Shown here piece after piece: positions 40,195 through 49,612 of a stretch of 64,000 nt of DNA. Below the pieces are notes generated by a model. The model was not told the origin of the DNA, searched no databases, and saw nothing but the letters and a program-made list of their open reading frames with translations. Numbering within the stretch: position 1 is the first letter of the stretch; every line of letters starts with the position of its first letter. Origin of the DNA: an uncultured Acidobacteriota bacterium (GTDB lineage: Bacteria; Acidobacteriota; Terriglobia; Terriglobales; Acidobacteriaceae); NCBI GenBank assembly GCA_963794795.1, contig CAWCFC010000003.1:178002-242001 (forward strand). Reading direction: 5' to 3'. The position numbers and the translations under genes are program-made.

Positions 40195-41697
40195 TCAGCG
40201 TTGCGAGCGTGGCTTGCGAGCGCGAATCTTGAAGCGGATGGGAGAGCCCTCAAAGCCGAAAGCCTCGCGAATCTGATTTTCAAGAAAGCGCTCGTAGGAG
40301 AAATGCAGTTTTACGTCGCGATCGGTAAACAGGACAAACGTCGGGGGCGCCACTCCTGCCTGCGTCATATATAGGATGCGCATGCGTCTCGACATCGGCA
40401 CCGGGGCACGCTCAAAGTCCACACGATCCAGGAAGCGATTCATCTGGCCGGTGCCGACGCGCTTCTGGCGTTCCGCGGCCACTCGAACCACGGTGGCAAA
40501 TACCTGGTCGATATTCTTGCCTTCTGCGGCGGAAACGAAAACTACCGGAACATAGGACAAGAACTTGAGGTGGTATCGCAATTGTTCCTCGAAGACTTTT
40601 TTGTCTGCGGGAGGCTTACCGTCTGTCCGTTTGGAAGTGACCAGGTCCCACTTGTTGACCACGATCACCATCGACCGCCCGCTTTCGTACGCATAGCCGC
40701 CGATCGTGGCATCGGCCGCTAACACGCCCGCGGTCGCATCGATGACCAGCAGCGATACATCCGCCGCTTCGAGATGTTTGCGCGCCATCAGTACGGACAG
40801 CTTCTCTGCCATCTCATGCGTCTTGCCCTTGCGGCGAATCCCCGCCGTATCGATGAAGCGGAATTTCTGACCGTTGCGCTCGACCAGTTCGTCCACAGCA
40901 TCGCGGGTGGTTCCGGCAATGGGAGAAACGATGGCGCGGGCCTTGCCGGTGAGGGCATTTAATAGCGTGCTTTTGCCTACATTCGGCCGGCCGATAATGG
41001 CGACGTTGACTTCATCCGGAGCTTTGGCGGGAATGGAAGGAATTTCTTCTTCCTCGTCGGCCAGCGACTCTTCGATCTCGTCTTTTTCGGCGGGAGCAGA
41101 TTGTTCTTCGTCTTCTGCGGGGAAATCGTCCACCGGTACTGCTGCAAACATCGCGTCAAGCAGGTTGCCAATCCCAATGCCGTGCTCCGCAGACACCGGG
41201 ACCATTTCCCTGAAGCCAAGGCGGCGATAATTTTCTGCCTGGGGCAACAGCGCGTCGACGTCCATCTTGTTGACGGCCAGAATCAGTGGCTTGCCCAGAC
41301 GCATGAGCAGGCGCGCCAGTTCCATGTCGGGAGCAGCCAGCTCTGTGCGGCCGTCCACCACCATCACCACGGCAGCTGCTTCATCGAATGCAACCTTGGC
41401 CTGGCGAAAAATTTCCGCTGGAATATATTCCTGATCGGAAGGCAGGACTCCTCCCGTATCGACCAGCCGGGCATTGCGACCGCCCCAGTCGACGACACCG
41501 TAGATGCGGTCGCGAGTGATGCCGGGTTCGTCGCCGACAATGGAACGGCGGCTGCGGGTCAGGCGATTGAACAGAGTCGACTTACCCACATTGGGGCGGC
41601 CAACGATCGCGATCAATGGCCAGCGTGCGTCTGCGGCGGGGTTTCTGCGGCGGCGATCGCGCGCTCCGGCTTGCGTGCCTTTTTTTATGGGGGTCAT
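40195..41697 (-). CDS. der: ribosome biogenesis GTPase Der (EngA)
   Basis: Has two tandem G domains (GRPNVGKST twice, DTGG/DTAG, NKMD/NKWD) and a KH-like C-terminus. Confidence 0.95.
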   Translation of the reverse strand: MTPIKKGTQAGARDRRRRNPAADARWPLIAIVGRPNVGKSTLFNRLTRSRRSIVGDEPGITRDRIYGVVDWGGRNARLVDTGGVLPSDQEYIPAEIFRQAKVAFDEAAAVVMVVDGRTELAAPDMELARLLMRLGKPLILAVNKMDVDALLPQAENYRRLGFREMVPVSAEHGIGIGNLLDAMFAAVPVDDFPAEDEEQSAPAEKDEIEESLADEEEEIPSIPAKAPDEVNVAIIGRPNVGKSTLLNALTGKARAIVSPIAGTTRDAVDELVERNGQKFRFIDTAGIRRKGKTHEMAEKLSVLMARKHLEAADVSLLVIDATAGVLAADATIGGYAYESGRSMVIVVNKWDLVTSKRTDGKPPADKKVFEEQLRYHLKFLSYVPVVFVSAAEGKNIDQVFATVVRVAAERQKRVGTGQMNRFLDRVDFERAPVPMSRRMRILYMTQAGVAPPTFVLFTDRDVKLHFSYERFLENQIREAFGFEGSPIRFKIRARKPRSQR

Positions 41698-41769
41698 AGG
41701 GTGGGAAACGCCGTCCTGCCAAAGCGTGGGAAAATCGCGTGGCTTCTCTATTATAGGAACAAGCAGCGT

Positions 41770-43776
41770 TTGGAGCGCTTCTCACCCTTGCCCCTACCCT
41801 CCTCGACGGAACCTTCGACGGATCGCAAGCTACCTCGGCTGGAAGAGTTCTTTTCTCCCGGCGGCATTCTGTCGCGCTCCGGATTGCCGTATGAATATCG
41901 CCCCGGCCAGTTGGAAATGGCTCGTGCGATGGAGCGCGCGTTCACGGAAAAGCGGCATTTGATTGTGGAAGCGGGCACCGGCACAGGCAAGACACTCGCC
42001 TATCTGTTGCCTGCGCTGAGACTGGGCCAGCGCGTCATTATCTCGACCGGAACACGCAATCTGCAGGAGCAGATTTTTTTCAAGGACATTCCGTTCCTTG
42101 AATCGCTGCTGGGGCCGCTGCGGGTGAGTTATATGAAAGGGCGCGGTAATTATCTGTGCCGCCAAAAGCTGTACGCGCTGCGCGACCAGCCAATTCTCAC
42201 CGGCGTCGACATGGTCGATCAGTTCAATACCATCCGCGATTGGGAACAGACGACCGAACATGGCGATCGCGCGGAACTGACCACGATTCCCGAAAATAGT
42301 CCGCTGTGGGGAAGACTCGATGCGCGCGGCGAAGCCTGCCTGGGATCCTCTTGTCCGAATTACGAGCCCTGCTTCATTACCCAGATGCGGCGGCGCGCGC
42401 TTGAAAGCGACATTGTCATCGTGAACCATCATCTTTTCTTTGCTGACTTATCAATTCGTCGGCAAGCGCAAAACGCTCCCGATGCGGGTGTGCTTCCAGA
42501 AGCCGCAGCCGTTGTCTTCGACGAAGCGCATGAGCTGGAAGAAATCGCGTCCAGCTATTTTGGTGTCAGCATCAGCAATGTGCGCTTTGAAGAACTGGCT
42601 CGCGATGTGGAGATTCTGCTACGTGCCAAGCAGGCTTTGTCTGCTTCGCTGACTGCTTCAGCGGAATTGGTCCGCGAGCGCGGCCGCATGTTCTTCGGCG
42701 CGCTTCCGGAGCCGAAAGGCGCCGATGGCCGCATGCCATTTACCGATCGGGAAGAATTTCTCGAGCAGTCCGGCGATGTGTATCTCGGGCTGGTGAATGC
42801 ACTGGAACGCCTGGCTGGTGAGCTGGAACGTCTGCGCGGAGTCGAAGAGGCGAGTGGCTTGAAAAAGCGCACCACCGAGCTGGCCAACCAACTGACATTT
42901 TTGTTGGAGTCGACCGATCGCGGATTTGTTTTCTGGATTGAACGCCGCAGTTCTACCGGCCTGCGTCAGTCAGGAACCAACACCTGGCTGCAGGCCACGC
43001 CAATTGAAATTGCTTCGTTGCTGGCAAGCGATCTGTTTGAGTCGATTCCTTCCGTGGTGCTGACTTCCGCGACATTGACGGTGCAGGGAAATTTCGACCA
43101 CATTGAGCGACGGCTTGGGCTCACCGGCGCGCGGCAGCTTGTGGTGCCGTCGCATTTCCGCTATGGTGAGCAAGCCCTGTTATATCTGCCGCCGGAAATG
43201 CCGGATCCTCGCGAACCCGCATTCACCAAGGCGGCTGTGGACAAAATCTGCGAGATCCTTGAGATCACGCGTGGACGTGCGTTCTGCCTGTTCACCAGTT
43301 ATAGCCAGATGCGGCAGGTGCATGAACAACTGATCGCGCGCGTCGGATTTCCATTGCTGCTGCAGGGCACCGCACCTCGCAACGCGCTGCTGGAGGAATT
43401 TCGCATCACGCCGAACGCTGTCTTGCTCGGTACCTCATCCTTCTGGCAGGGCGTCGATGTGCAAGGAGAACAACTGAGTTGCGTCATCATCGACAAGCTT
43501 CCGTTCGCCGTCCCCAGCGATCCCGTGGTGGCGGCGCGCATGAAGGCAATTGAAGCGGAAGGCGGCAACGCGTTCGCCGAATATCAGATTCCTTCCGCGG
43601 TGATCGCGCTGAAACAGGGCTTTGGCCGCTTGATCCGGTCGTTGCACGATCACGGCGTGCTGGTGTTGCTGGATCCTCGACTGCAGCGGCAACGATACGG
43701 TCGGGTGTTCATGGAGAGCCTGCCGCCGTACCGAGTGACGCAGCGACTTGAAGACGTGCGCGAATTCTTCGAGTAA
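41770..43776 (+). CDS. DinG/XPD-family Fe-S ATP-dependent DNA helicase
   Basis: Has Walker A AGTGTGKTLAYLLPA, the DEAH box (VVFDEAHELEE), four Cys (YLCRQK, EACLGSSCPNYEPCF) and a C-terminal helicase domain. The 891-aa ORF start at 41101 lies inside der on the other strand, so a TTG start near 41770 or 41788 is inferred. Confidence 0.8.
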   Translation: MERFSPLPLPSSTEPSTDRKLPRLEEFFSPGGILSRSGLPYEYRPGQLEMARAMERAFTEKRHLIVEAGTGTGKTLAYLLPALRLGQRVIISTGTRNLQEQIFFKDIPFLESLLGPLRVSYMKGRGNYLCRQKLYALRDQPILTGVDMVDQFNTIRDWEQTTEHGDRAELTTIPENSPLWGRLDARGEACLGSSCPNYEPCFITQMRRRALESDIVIVNHHLFFADLSIRRQAQNAPDAGVLPEAAAVVFDEAHELEEIASSYFGVSISNVRFEELARDVEILLRAKQALSASLTASAELVRERGRMFFGALPEPKGADGRMPFTDREEFLEQSGDVYLGLVNALERLAGELERLRGVEEASGLKKRTTELANQLTFLLESTDRGFVFWIERRSSTGLRQSGTNTWLQATPIEIASLLASDLFESIPSVVLTSATLTVQGNFDHIERRLGLTGARQLVVPSHFRYGEQALLYLPPEMPDPREPAFTKAAVDKICEILEITRGRAFCLFTSYSQMRQVHEQLIARVGFPLLLQGTAPRNALLEEFRITPNAVLLGTSSFWQGVDVQGEQLSCVIIDKLPFAVPSDPVVAARMKAIEAEGGNAFAEYQIPSAVIALKQGFGRLIRSLHDHGVLVLLDPRLQRQRYGRVFMESLPPYRVTQRLEDVREFFE

Positions 43777-43878
43777 GCCGTCGCGCTTCGCAGAAATTCC
43801 TTGACAATGCATTTGCCTGCCGTCGAGCATGGGGCATTCCCTCAAATCCATCGAAGAGGCTCTGTGCCCGTGCGATCT

Positions 43879-45324
43879 ATGCCCGCGTTTCTTGCCACTG
43901 CTTGCCTGACTGCTGCATCGCTCGCTGGCTTCACGCAGACGGCGAAGTCTCCGCTGGCGCCATTTATCTCGGTGTCCGATCCGATCATTGCTCTCACCCA
44001 TGTCGAGATCATTGACGGCACGGGCGCGGCGCCGGTGTTCGATCAGACCGTCGTTCTCGACGACGGGAAGATTACTTCCGTCGGCCCAAGCAGCGGCGCG
44101 CAGGTTCCTGATGGGGCGAAAGTTCTTGACCTGCACGGCGACACAATCTACCCAGGCCTGGTGGGGATGCATGAGCACCTTTTTTATGTGGAACCGGGCA
44201 GACTGCATTATGGGTTGGTCGGGGGAGAAATGTTTCAGACCGGTGCACCCCTGTATCTCGCTGCCGGAGTCACGACGGCGCGTACCACCGGCAGCATCGA
44301 GCCGTATGCAGATCTGAACATTAAACAATTTATCGACAGTGGGCTGACGCCGGGACCGGACTTCGACGTGACCGGACCGTACCTTGAAGGCGCTGGCAGC
44401 TTCATCCATCAACTGCATCCTCTTTCTGGACCGGCTGATGCGACACGCACGGTAAATTATTGGGCAGATGAAGGTGTCACCTCGTTCAAGGCGTATATGT
44501 TCATCACGCCGGAGGAACTGAAGGCCTCCATCGACGCCGCGCACGCGCGCAACCTGAAGATCACCGGGCATCTATGCTCTGTCGGTTTCACCCAGGCCGC
44601 TGACATGGGTATCGATAATCTTGAACACGGGATGTTTGTGGATACAGAGTTCTACTCCGGCAAGAAGCCTGGACTGTGCCCCGATATGCGAGCTGCCGAA
44701 CATGAAATGGCGGATAAACTCGACATCACCAGCGCGCCCGTGATGGCGATGATTCACAACCTGGTGGCACATCATGTTGCCGTTACTTCTACGCTGGCCG
44801 TATTTGAGATGTCGGTTCCCAACCGGCCGCCGATGGCTTTCTTAATGCGCGAAAAGGATTCCATGATTCCAGAAGCCTGGACAAGTGTGCTCGAAACTCG
44901 AGGGTTCATTGCCGAGCATGCCGATACATCCATCATGCCTGTGCTGATGAAAAAAGAAATGCAGTTTGAGCGAGAATTTGTTGCCGCCGGCGGACTACTC
45001 ATGGCGGGCTGCGATCCGACCGGATACGGCGCCATTTTGCCGGGCTTTGGGGATCAGCGCAATCTGGAACTACTCGTTGATGCTGGTTTTACGCCGGCGC
45101 AGGCAATCCAGATTTACACGCAGAATGGCGCGAAGTATCTGGGGCGCGAGGACCGCATTGGCACGATTGCCGCGGGCAAGCAAGCCGACCTGGTCGTCGT
45201 GACCGGCGATCCAGCGAAAGATATTTCCGCCGTCGAGCACGTCAATATTGTTTTCAAAAAAGGCGTCGGCTATGACCCGGAAAAGCTGATTGACTCCGCC
45301 CGAGGCATGGTCGGGATTCGGTGA
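43879..45324 (+). CDS. secreted amidohydrolase family protein (metal-dependent hydrolase)
   Basis: The signal peptide is MPAFLATACLTAASLAGFTQTA, with the HxH motif GLVGMHEHLF and a TIM-barrel amidohydrolase pattern. The alternative start at 43807 is possible. Confidence 0.75.
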   Translation: MPAFLATACLTAASLAGFTQTAKSPLAPFISVSDPIIALTHVEIIDGTGAAPVFDQTVVLDDGKITSVGPSSGAQVPDGAKVLDLHGDTIYPGLVGMHEHLFYVEPGRLHYGLVGGEMFQTGAPLYLAAGVTTARTTGSIEPYADLNIKQFIDSGLTPGPDFDVTGPYLEGAGSFIHQLHPLSGPADATRTVNYWADEGVTSFKAYMFITPEELKASIDAAHARNLKITGHLCSVGFTQAADMGIDNLEHGMFVDTEFYSGKKPGLCPDMRAAEHEMADKLDITSAPVMAMIHNLVAHHVAVTSTLAVFEMSVPNRPPMAFLMREKDSMIPEAWTSVLETRGFIAEHADTSIMPVLMKKEMQFEREFVAAGGLLMAGCDPTGYGAILPGFGDQRNLELLVDAGFTPAQAIQIYTQNGAKYLGREDRIGTIAAGKQADLVVVTGDPAKDISAVEHVNIVFKKGVGYDPEKLIDSARGMVGIR

Positions 45325-45405
45325 CGGTACGCACATTCAAGCGGCACGATTCTGCTGCTACCATGGGGCTGAGCGGCTGCATTCCAGGCACCGCGAGCTA
45401 TTCTT

Positions 45406-45654
45406 ATGTCGCGCAACCTCTATTTACTGTCGGCTGCATTGCTGGTATTCGCGCTGGCTTCCTTCGGAATGTCCTGGACCCATAGCGCGAATGAGCCGGG
45501 CCTGCCCGGAGTGGCGCAGATGTGGCGCATGATCGCGCTGACGCTGTTTGTGCTGGGGGCGCTGGCATGCTTATCCGGCACCGTGACAAATCTGTTTGAG
45601 CAGGCCAGCCGCCGTCACGAAGAGCGCGAACGCAGGCAGCGCAAGCAGCCATAG
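45406..45654 (+). CDS. small two-TM membrane protein, hypothetical
   Basis: An 82-aa ORF with two hydrophobic helices and a basic tail (RRHEERERRQRKQP). There is no family assignment. Confidence 0.4.
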   Translation: MSRNLYLLSAALLVFALASFGMSWTHSANEPGLPGVAQMWRMIALTLFVLGALACLSGTVTNLFEQASRRHEERERRQRKQP

Positions 45655-45756
45655 CTGGTGCAGCCACGACGCAAACTATGGCAGTTCTGCCGATTTCGTT
45701 CTTGCTCGATACAATAGAAGAGGCTGGAAAACTCTCCGCGCCGCTAGAGGAAAAGC

Positions 45757-46134
45757 ATGTACGAAGTTACCGTCGAAGCGGGATTTTCCGCAGGTCATTA
45801 CCTGCGCAATTACCGCGGCAAGTGCGAAAATCCGCACGGACATAATTACAAAGTCCGCATTACTCTGCGCGGCCGCGAACTAGATGTCGCCGGCTTATTG
45901 CTGGACTTCAAACAGTTGAAGCAGGTCATGCGGCCTGTGATCGACCGGCTCGATCACCAGATGATCAATGACCTGACGCCATTCACGGAACTGAACCCTT
46001 CCGCGGAAAACCTTGCCCATTATTTCTTTGACGAAACCAATGTGCAGCTGCGCGAAATGACCGAGGGCCGCGTCACCGTGAAGGATTGCACCATCTTCGA
46101 AACCGATACCACCACCGCAACCTACTACGAGTGA
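45757..46134 (+). CDS. queD: 6-carboxy-5,6,7,8-tetrahydropterin synthase
   Basis: Has the PTPS-family motif KCENPHGHNYKV and the HQMINDL region, at 125 aa. Confidence 0.9.
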   Translation: MYEVTVEAGFSAGHYLRNYRGKCENPHGHNYKVRITLRGRELDVAGLLLDFKQLKQVMRPVIDRLDHQMINDLTPFTELNPSAENLAHYFFDETNVQLREMTEGRVTVKDCTIFETDTTTATYYE

Positions 46135-46138
46135 CTCT

Positions 46139-46819
46139 GTGGTCCTGATCGAGCTGTACGTATCCGTTCAAGGGGAGTCGAGCTTTGCCGGGTTGCCGTG
46201 CATCTTCGTGCGCCTGGCGGGCTGCAATCTTCGCTGCTCCTGGTGCGATTCGGAATATACATTTCATGGTGGTGAGAAATTCACGCTCGACCAGGTGGAA
46301 GAAAAAATCGCTGCCCTGGCGCCGGTCAGGCTGGTGGAGTTCACCGGCGGAGAGCCGATGCTGCAAGAGCGAGAGCTGCTGCCGATGATGGATCGCCTGC
46401 TGGACAAGGGTTATACGTTGATGATCGAAACCAGCGGTGAACGTCCGCTGGCCAAGGTACCCAAGGCCGTTCACAAGATTATGGATGTGAAATGTCCAGG
46501 CTCCGGGGAGAGTGGTCGGTTCCATCTCGAAAATCTTGAAGCTCTCACGATGAGGGATGAGGTGAAGTTTGTGATCTCCGACCGCGCCGATTATGAATTT
46601 GCGCGTGACTTTATTCAGCGGCACAATCTGGCGGTACGATGTGGGCAGATACTGTTATCGCCAGCGTTTAAAAAAATGCCGACCTCGCAGCGGACAGCAG
46701 ATAATTGCGTGCTGGACCCGCGTCTGCTGGTGGAATGGATGCTGGCCGATCATGTACCTGCTCGTCTCAGCCTGCAGATTCACAAGTTCATTTGGGAGCC
46801 CCTGAAGAAAGGGGTATAG
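46139..46819 (+). CDS. queE: 7-carboxy-7-deazaguanine synthase (radical SAM)
   Basis: Has QGESSFAGLPCIFVRLAGCNLRCSWCDS, the QueE-type CX3CX2C cluster. It uses a GTG start 4 nt after the queD stop. Confidence 0.9.
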   Translation: MVLIELYVSVQGESSFAGLPCIFVRLAGCNLRCSWCDSEYTFHGGEKFTLDQVEEKIAALAPVRLVEFTGGEPMLQERELLPMMDRLLDKGYTLMIETSGERPLAKVPKAVHKIMDVKCPGSGESGRFHLENLEALTMRDEVKFVISDRADYEFARDFIQRHNLAVRCGQILLSPAFKKMPTSQRTADNCVLDPRLLVEWMLADHVPARLSLQIHKFIWEPLKKGV

Positions 46820-46967
46820 AGCAGGACCAGGGATCCTATATCTTGTCTAATCTTGTTCTCGCTGCGGCGAGTCGCCGCTCCCTGTTGGTCGCGTCGACTG
46901 GAGTGATGTGGCTCCGAGAACCATCTTCCCTGGTTTTGCTATAGTCGCGGACAAGGACCGCAATGTC

Positions 46968-47252
46968 ATGGAACCAACCGACCCGAATCCAGCAACCTCC
47001 GAAGACGAAGAAGCAGCGCTCACGCCGACGACTATCAGCCATTGTCCCACATTGAACGAGGCGCAAATGCTGGTCAGCCTGCTGTCCTCCTTCGGCATTG
47101 AGGCGAAGATTGAAGGAGAGAATTATCTGCGCATGCTGGGCAGCATGGTGCCGGGCAGCGATGGTATCCGTGTGCAGGTACGGAAAGCTGATGCAGAAAC
47201 CGCGCTGGAAATTCTGAACCCCGGTCCCGAGTCAGATTTCGAAGACAAATAG
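46968..47252 (+). CDS. DUF2007-like small protein (putative signal-transducing fold)
   Basis: The pattern …NEAQMLVSLLSSFGIEAKIEGENY…IRVQVRKADAETALEIL resembles DUF2007. The ATG at 46968 is preferred over the 46908 start. Confidence 0.5.
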   Translation: MEPTDPNPATSEDEEAALTPTTISHCPTLNEAQMLVSLLSSFGIEAKIEGENYLRMLGSMVPGSDGIRVQVRKADAETALEILNPGPESDFEDK

Positions 47253-47291
47253 CCTGGCGCCGGGAAATCCTCGCGCCGGATGTCGGCAATA

Positions 47292-48311
47292 TTAGGTCAA
47301 CGGGTTGACCAGCGCTTGCCGGGTGGACTTATCGCGTTCCTTGCGCAGCGTCAGCCAAATGACCAGAGCAATCAGCATCGCGACGCCAATTCCGATGGCG
47401 CTGCCTTCCGGACCTGTGGCGCCGCCGCTGAGCAGCAATGGACCTTGCGGATGGCTTCCTAACAGATGACCCTTCACCAGCATTCCGCTATCCGCAGTGC
47501 CATAAAAGTAAGATTCTCCCCAGTCCCACGTGGCATGGGCTCCGATCGCCCACCAAAGTGAGCGCGTATACCAAAGGCTGAGGCAGAAAATCAGCCCAAT
47601 AAAGCCCGCCTGGAAAAGACCGATCGGCGACTCGCCAGAATTATTGCTGTGGACGAACCCAAAGCCGAAGTTCCACAGGATGGCGGAAATCCAAAAGCCG
47701 ACCGCTCCGTAACCGATGCCGCGCGCCAGCGTGTATTGGATATAACCGCGAAAGAAAAACTCCTCAAACACACCGACCAGCAAAAAGAAAACCATCCAGG
47801 CGACTGCATATTTCAATGCGCGAAAACCGTGCAACAGAAATCCAGTCAACACGATGTAGTGGCCGAGATACAGGCACAAAATCAGCAGGGAAATAAATGC
47901 GAAGCCCCAGCAAAATCCTTGAAGAAACTGCGGCAAGCGACGGGAATTGCCACCCAGGCCGTACTCGCCGAACGGGCGCTTTTCGATGCGGGACATGATC
48001 CAGGCAGCCAGTAACGCGCACAGCAGCAGAAAAACTTCCTGCAAAATCCGCGGTCCAGGCGCAAATACCTGGTTGTGGATGACCGGCCCCGGCGGCTTGC
48101 CGTGGCGAAGGTACACGCGAATAGCGTTGACGGTGAAGTGGATCACGGAGAGACACGCCGCGACAATCAGGCAATAGATCGCCAGGCTCCAACCGGCGCG
48201 CAGGCCGTTCGGGCCAATGAAAATGCGATTCCGGGGAGGTGCCGGCCCGATCGGTTGAGGTTCGCTGGATTGCAGTTCCATTGGGGTGGGGCTAGGATCG
48301 ATTTCCGACAT
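47292..48311 (-). CDS. CPBP family intramembrane glutamic endopeptidase (CAAX protease/Abi)
   Basis: A polytopic membrane protein with EEFFFRGY, the FGFVH motif and a later H residue (GAHATWD). Confidence 0.8.
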   Translation of the reverse strand: MSEIDPSPTPMELQSSEPQPIGPAPPRNRIFIGPNGLRAGWSLAIYCLIVAACLSVIHFTVNAIRVYLRHGKPPGPVIHNQVFAPGPRILQEVFLLLCALLAAWIMSRIEKRPFGEYGLGGNSRRLPQFLQGFCWGFAFISLLILCLYLGHYIVLTGFLLHGFRALKYAVAWMVFFLLVGVFEEFFFRGYIQYTLARGIGYGAVGFWISAILWNFGFGFVHSNNSGESPIGLFQAGFIGLIFCLSLWYTRSLWWAIGAHATWDWGESYFYGTADSGMLVKGHLLGSHPQGPLLLSGGATGPEGSAIGIGVAMLIALVIWLTLRKERDKSTRQALVNPLT

Positions 48312-48509
48312 CGCGACGGTGTCCTTTATTCGGTTGGCTTCCTGAATCTTGATTTTAGATACGAAATGCGTCAGACCATTGTTCCAATGGGGAAAAAATC
48401 GTCTGCATCGCGGCGTCGGGCTGATCCAACATTCTGGTTTCTTCTACTCCGAATCATCGTGAGCAGGCCCGACATAAAATGGAACCATACCATGCGCTAG
48501 TAGAAAATC

Positions 48510-48716
48510 ATGCCGAAAAACAAACGCGATGTCGCAGTCAACGGGATAAAAATGTCGGATTTCTCCAGCCGTCATTACGTCGTTCGCAACAATGAGCTCA
48601 TCCCAATACAGAAGTTAGGCGGATTCTTGAGCGCGATTGGCAGAGCGCGGCGATATCCCCGGATTGCCATCGATTTCGCACGACTCAAGATTAGTTCGCA
48701 AGAGATTTCTTTATGA
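48510..48716 (+). CDS. hypothetical 68-aa ORF in AT-rich intergenic region
   Basis: It is only an ORF with an ATG start. There is no family match and the composition is atypical, so it may be non-coding. Confidence 0.2.
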   Translation: MPKNKRDVAVNGIKMSDFSSRHYVVRNNELIPIQKLGGFLSAIGRARRYPRIAIDFARLKISSQEISL

Positions 48717-48731
48717 ATTCGGAGCCTGGAA

Positions 48732-49442
48732 TTGAAAAATGAAAGTGGCTTGACCTCTCGGCGCCGCGCCGTGGTTTCGCTCTCCGGAGGTATGGATTCC
48801 TCCGTTTGCCTGGCATTGGCCGCCAGGGATTACGATGTCTACGCGCTTCATTTCAGCTACGGTCAACGCACCGAGCAACGCGAGCTGACCAGCGCGCGGA
48901 CCATCGCCGATGTGGTGGGCGTTCGCCAGTTTCTACCGTTGAAGATCGATTTGTTTCGCCAAATCGGGGGGTCGGCTTTAACGGATATGAACATCGCGGT
49001 ACCTGACGCTCCCACAAAGACGAAAATCGGAGAAGAAATTCCGGTCACTTACGTGCCGTTCCGCAACGCGCATTTTTTGTCTGCGGCGGTCAGTTGGGCG
49101 GAAGTGCTGGGTGCAGAAGCGATTTTTATTGGCGCGGTCGAACAGGACAGTTCCGGATATCCCGACTGTCGGCCAGCCTACTATGCGGCTTTCCAAAAAG
49201 TGATCGAGACGGGGACGAAAGAAGGGAATATTCAAATCCACACGCCCCTCATTCACATGAAGAAAAGTGAGATTGTCCGGCTTGGGGTGGAATTGCATGC
49301 GCCGCTTCATTTCACCTGGTCGTGTTACTCCGGTGAGGATCGTGCCTGCGGGGTGTGCGACAGTTGTGTCCTGCGTTTGCGGGCATTCGCGGAGGCAGGG
49401 GTTGCCGATCCCATTCCATATCGAGCGATTTCGAGTTCATGA
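48732..49442 (+). CDS. queC: 7-cyano-7-deazaguanine synthase
   Basis: Has the PP-loop VSLSGGMDSSV and the C-terminal zinc Cys cluster WSCY…CGVCDSCVLR. The TTG start is at 48732 or 48750. Confidence 0.9.
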   Translation: MKNESGLTSRRRAVVSLSGGMDSSVCLALAARDYDVYALHFSYGQRTEQRELTSARTIADVVGVRQFLPLKIDLFRQIGGSALTDMNIAVPDAPTKTKIGEEIPVTYVPFRNAHFLSAAVSWAEVLGAEAIFIGAVEQDSSGYPDCRPAYYAAFQKVIETGTKEGNIQIHTPLIHMKKSEIVRLGVELHAPLHFTWSCYSGEDRACGVCDSCVLRLRAFAEAGVADPIPYRAISSS

Positions 49443-49612
49443 AACAGCTTCGAGTCAACGATTTCTGCGGTTACAAGCAACCTTCCGGTCGTCAGGAAAG
49501 TTGGGGGTGCGGTGTTCTTGGTGGTGTTGTAGCTTTAGAATGGCGTTGAGGCAGTTGTTGCAGCGGCGTTGAGTGAAAATCACCACGTCGAGATGTGTTG
49601 AGGAGACGAGAA

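Noticed and set aside
41101-41769. The N-terminal 220 or so codons of the 891-aa ORF that contains the DinG-like helicase.
   Set aside because: This part is antisense to der and has no helicase similarity. The helicase homology begins after about 41830, so a start near 41770 or 41788 was chosen.
45655-45756. A preQ1 riboswitch upstream of queD, also checked at 48660-48731 upstream of queC.
   Set aside because: I could not find the small hairpin plus A-rich tail pattern of preQ1-I/II by eye. This is not a definitive exclusion without a covariance-model scan.
41770-49442. A possible Dpd-like 7-deazaguanine DNA-modification or defence island, formed by a DinG-like helicase near queD/queE/queC.
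   Set aside because: There is no TGT/DpdA-like transglycosylase and no DpdB/C or additional helicase or nuclease genes. The intervening genes are ordinary (an amidohydrolase and a CPBP protease). queA elsewhere in the window fits normal tRNA queuosine biosynthesis.
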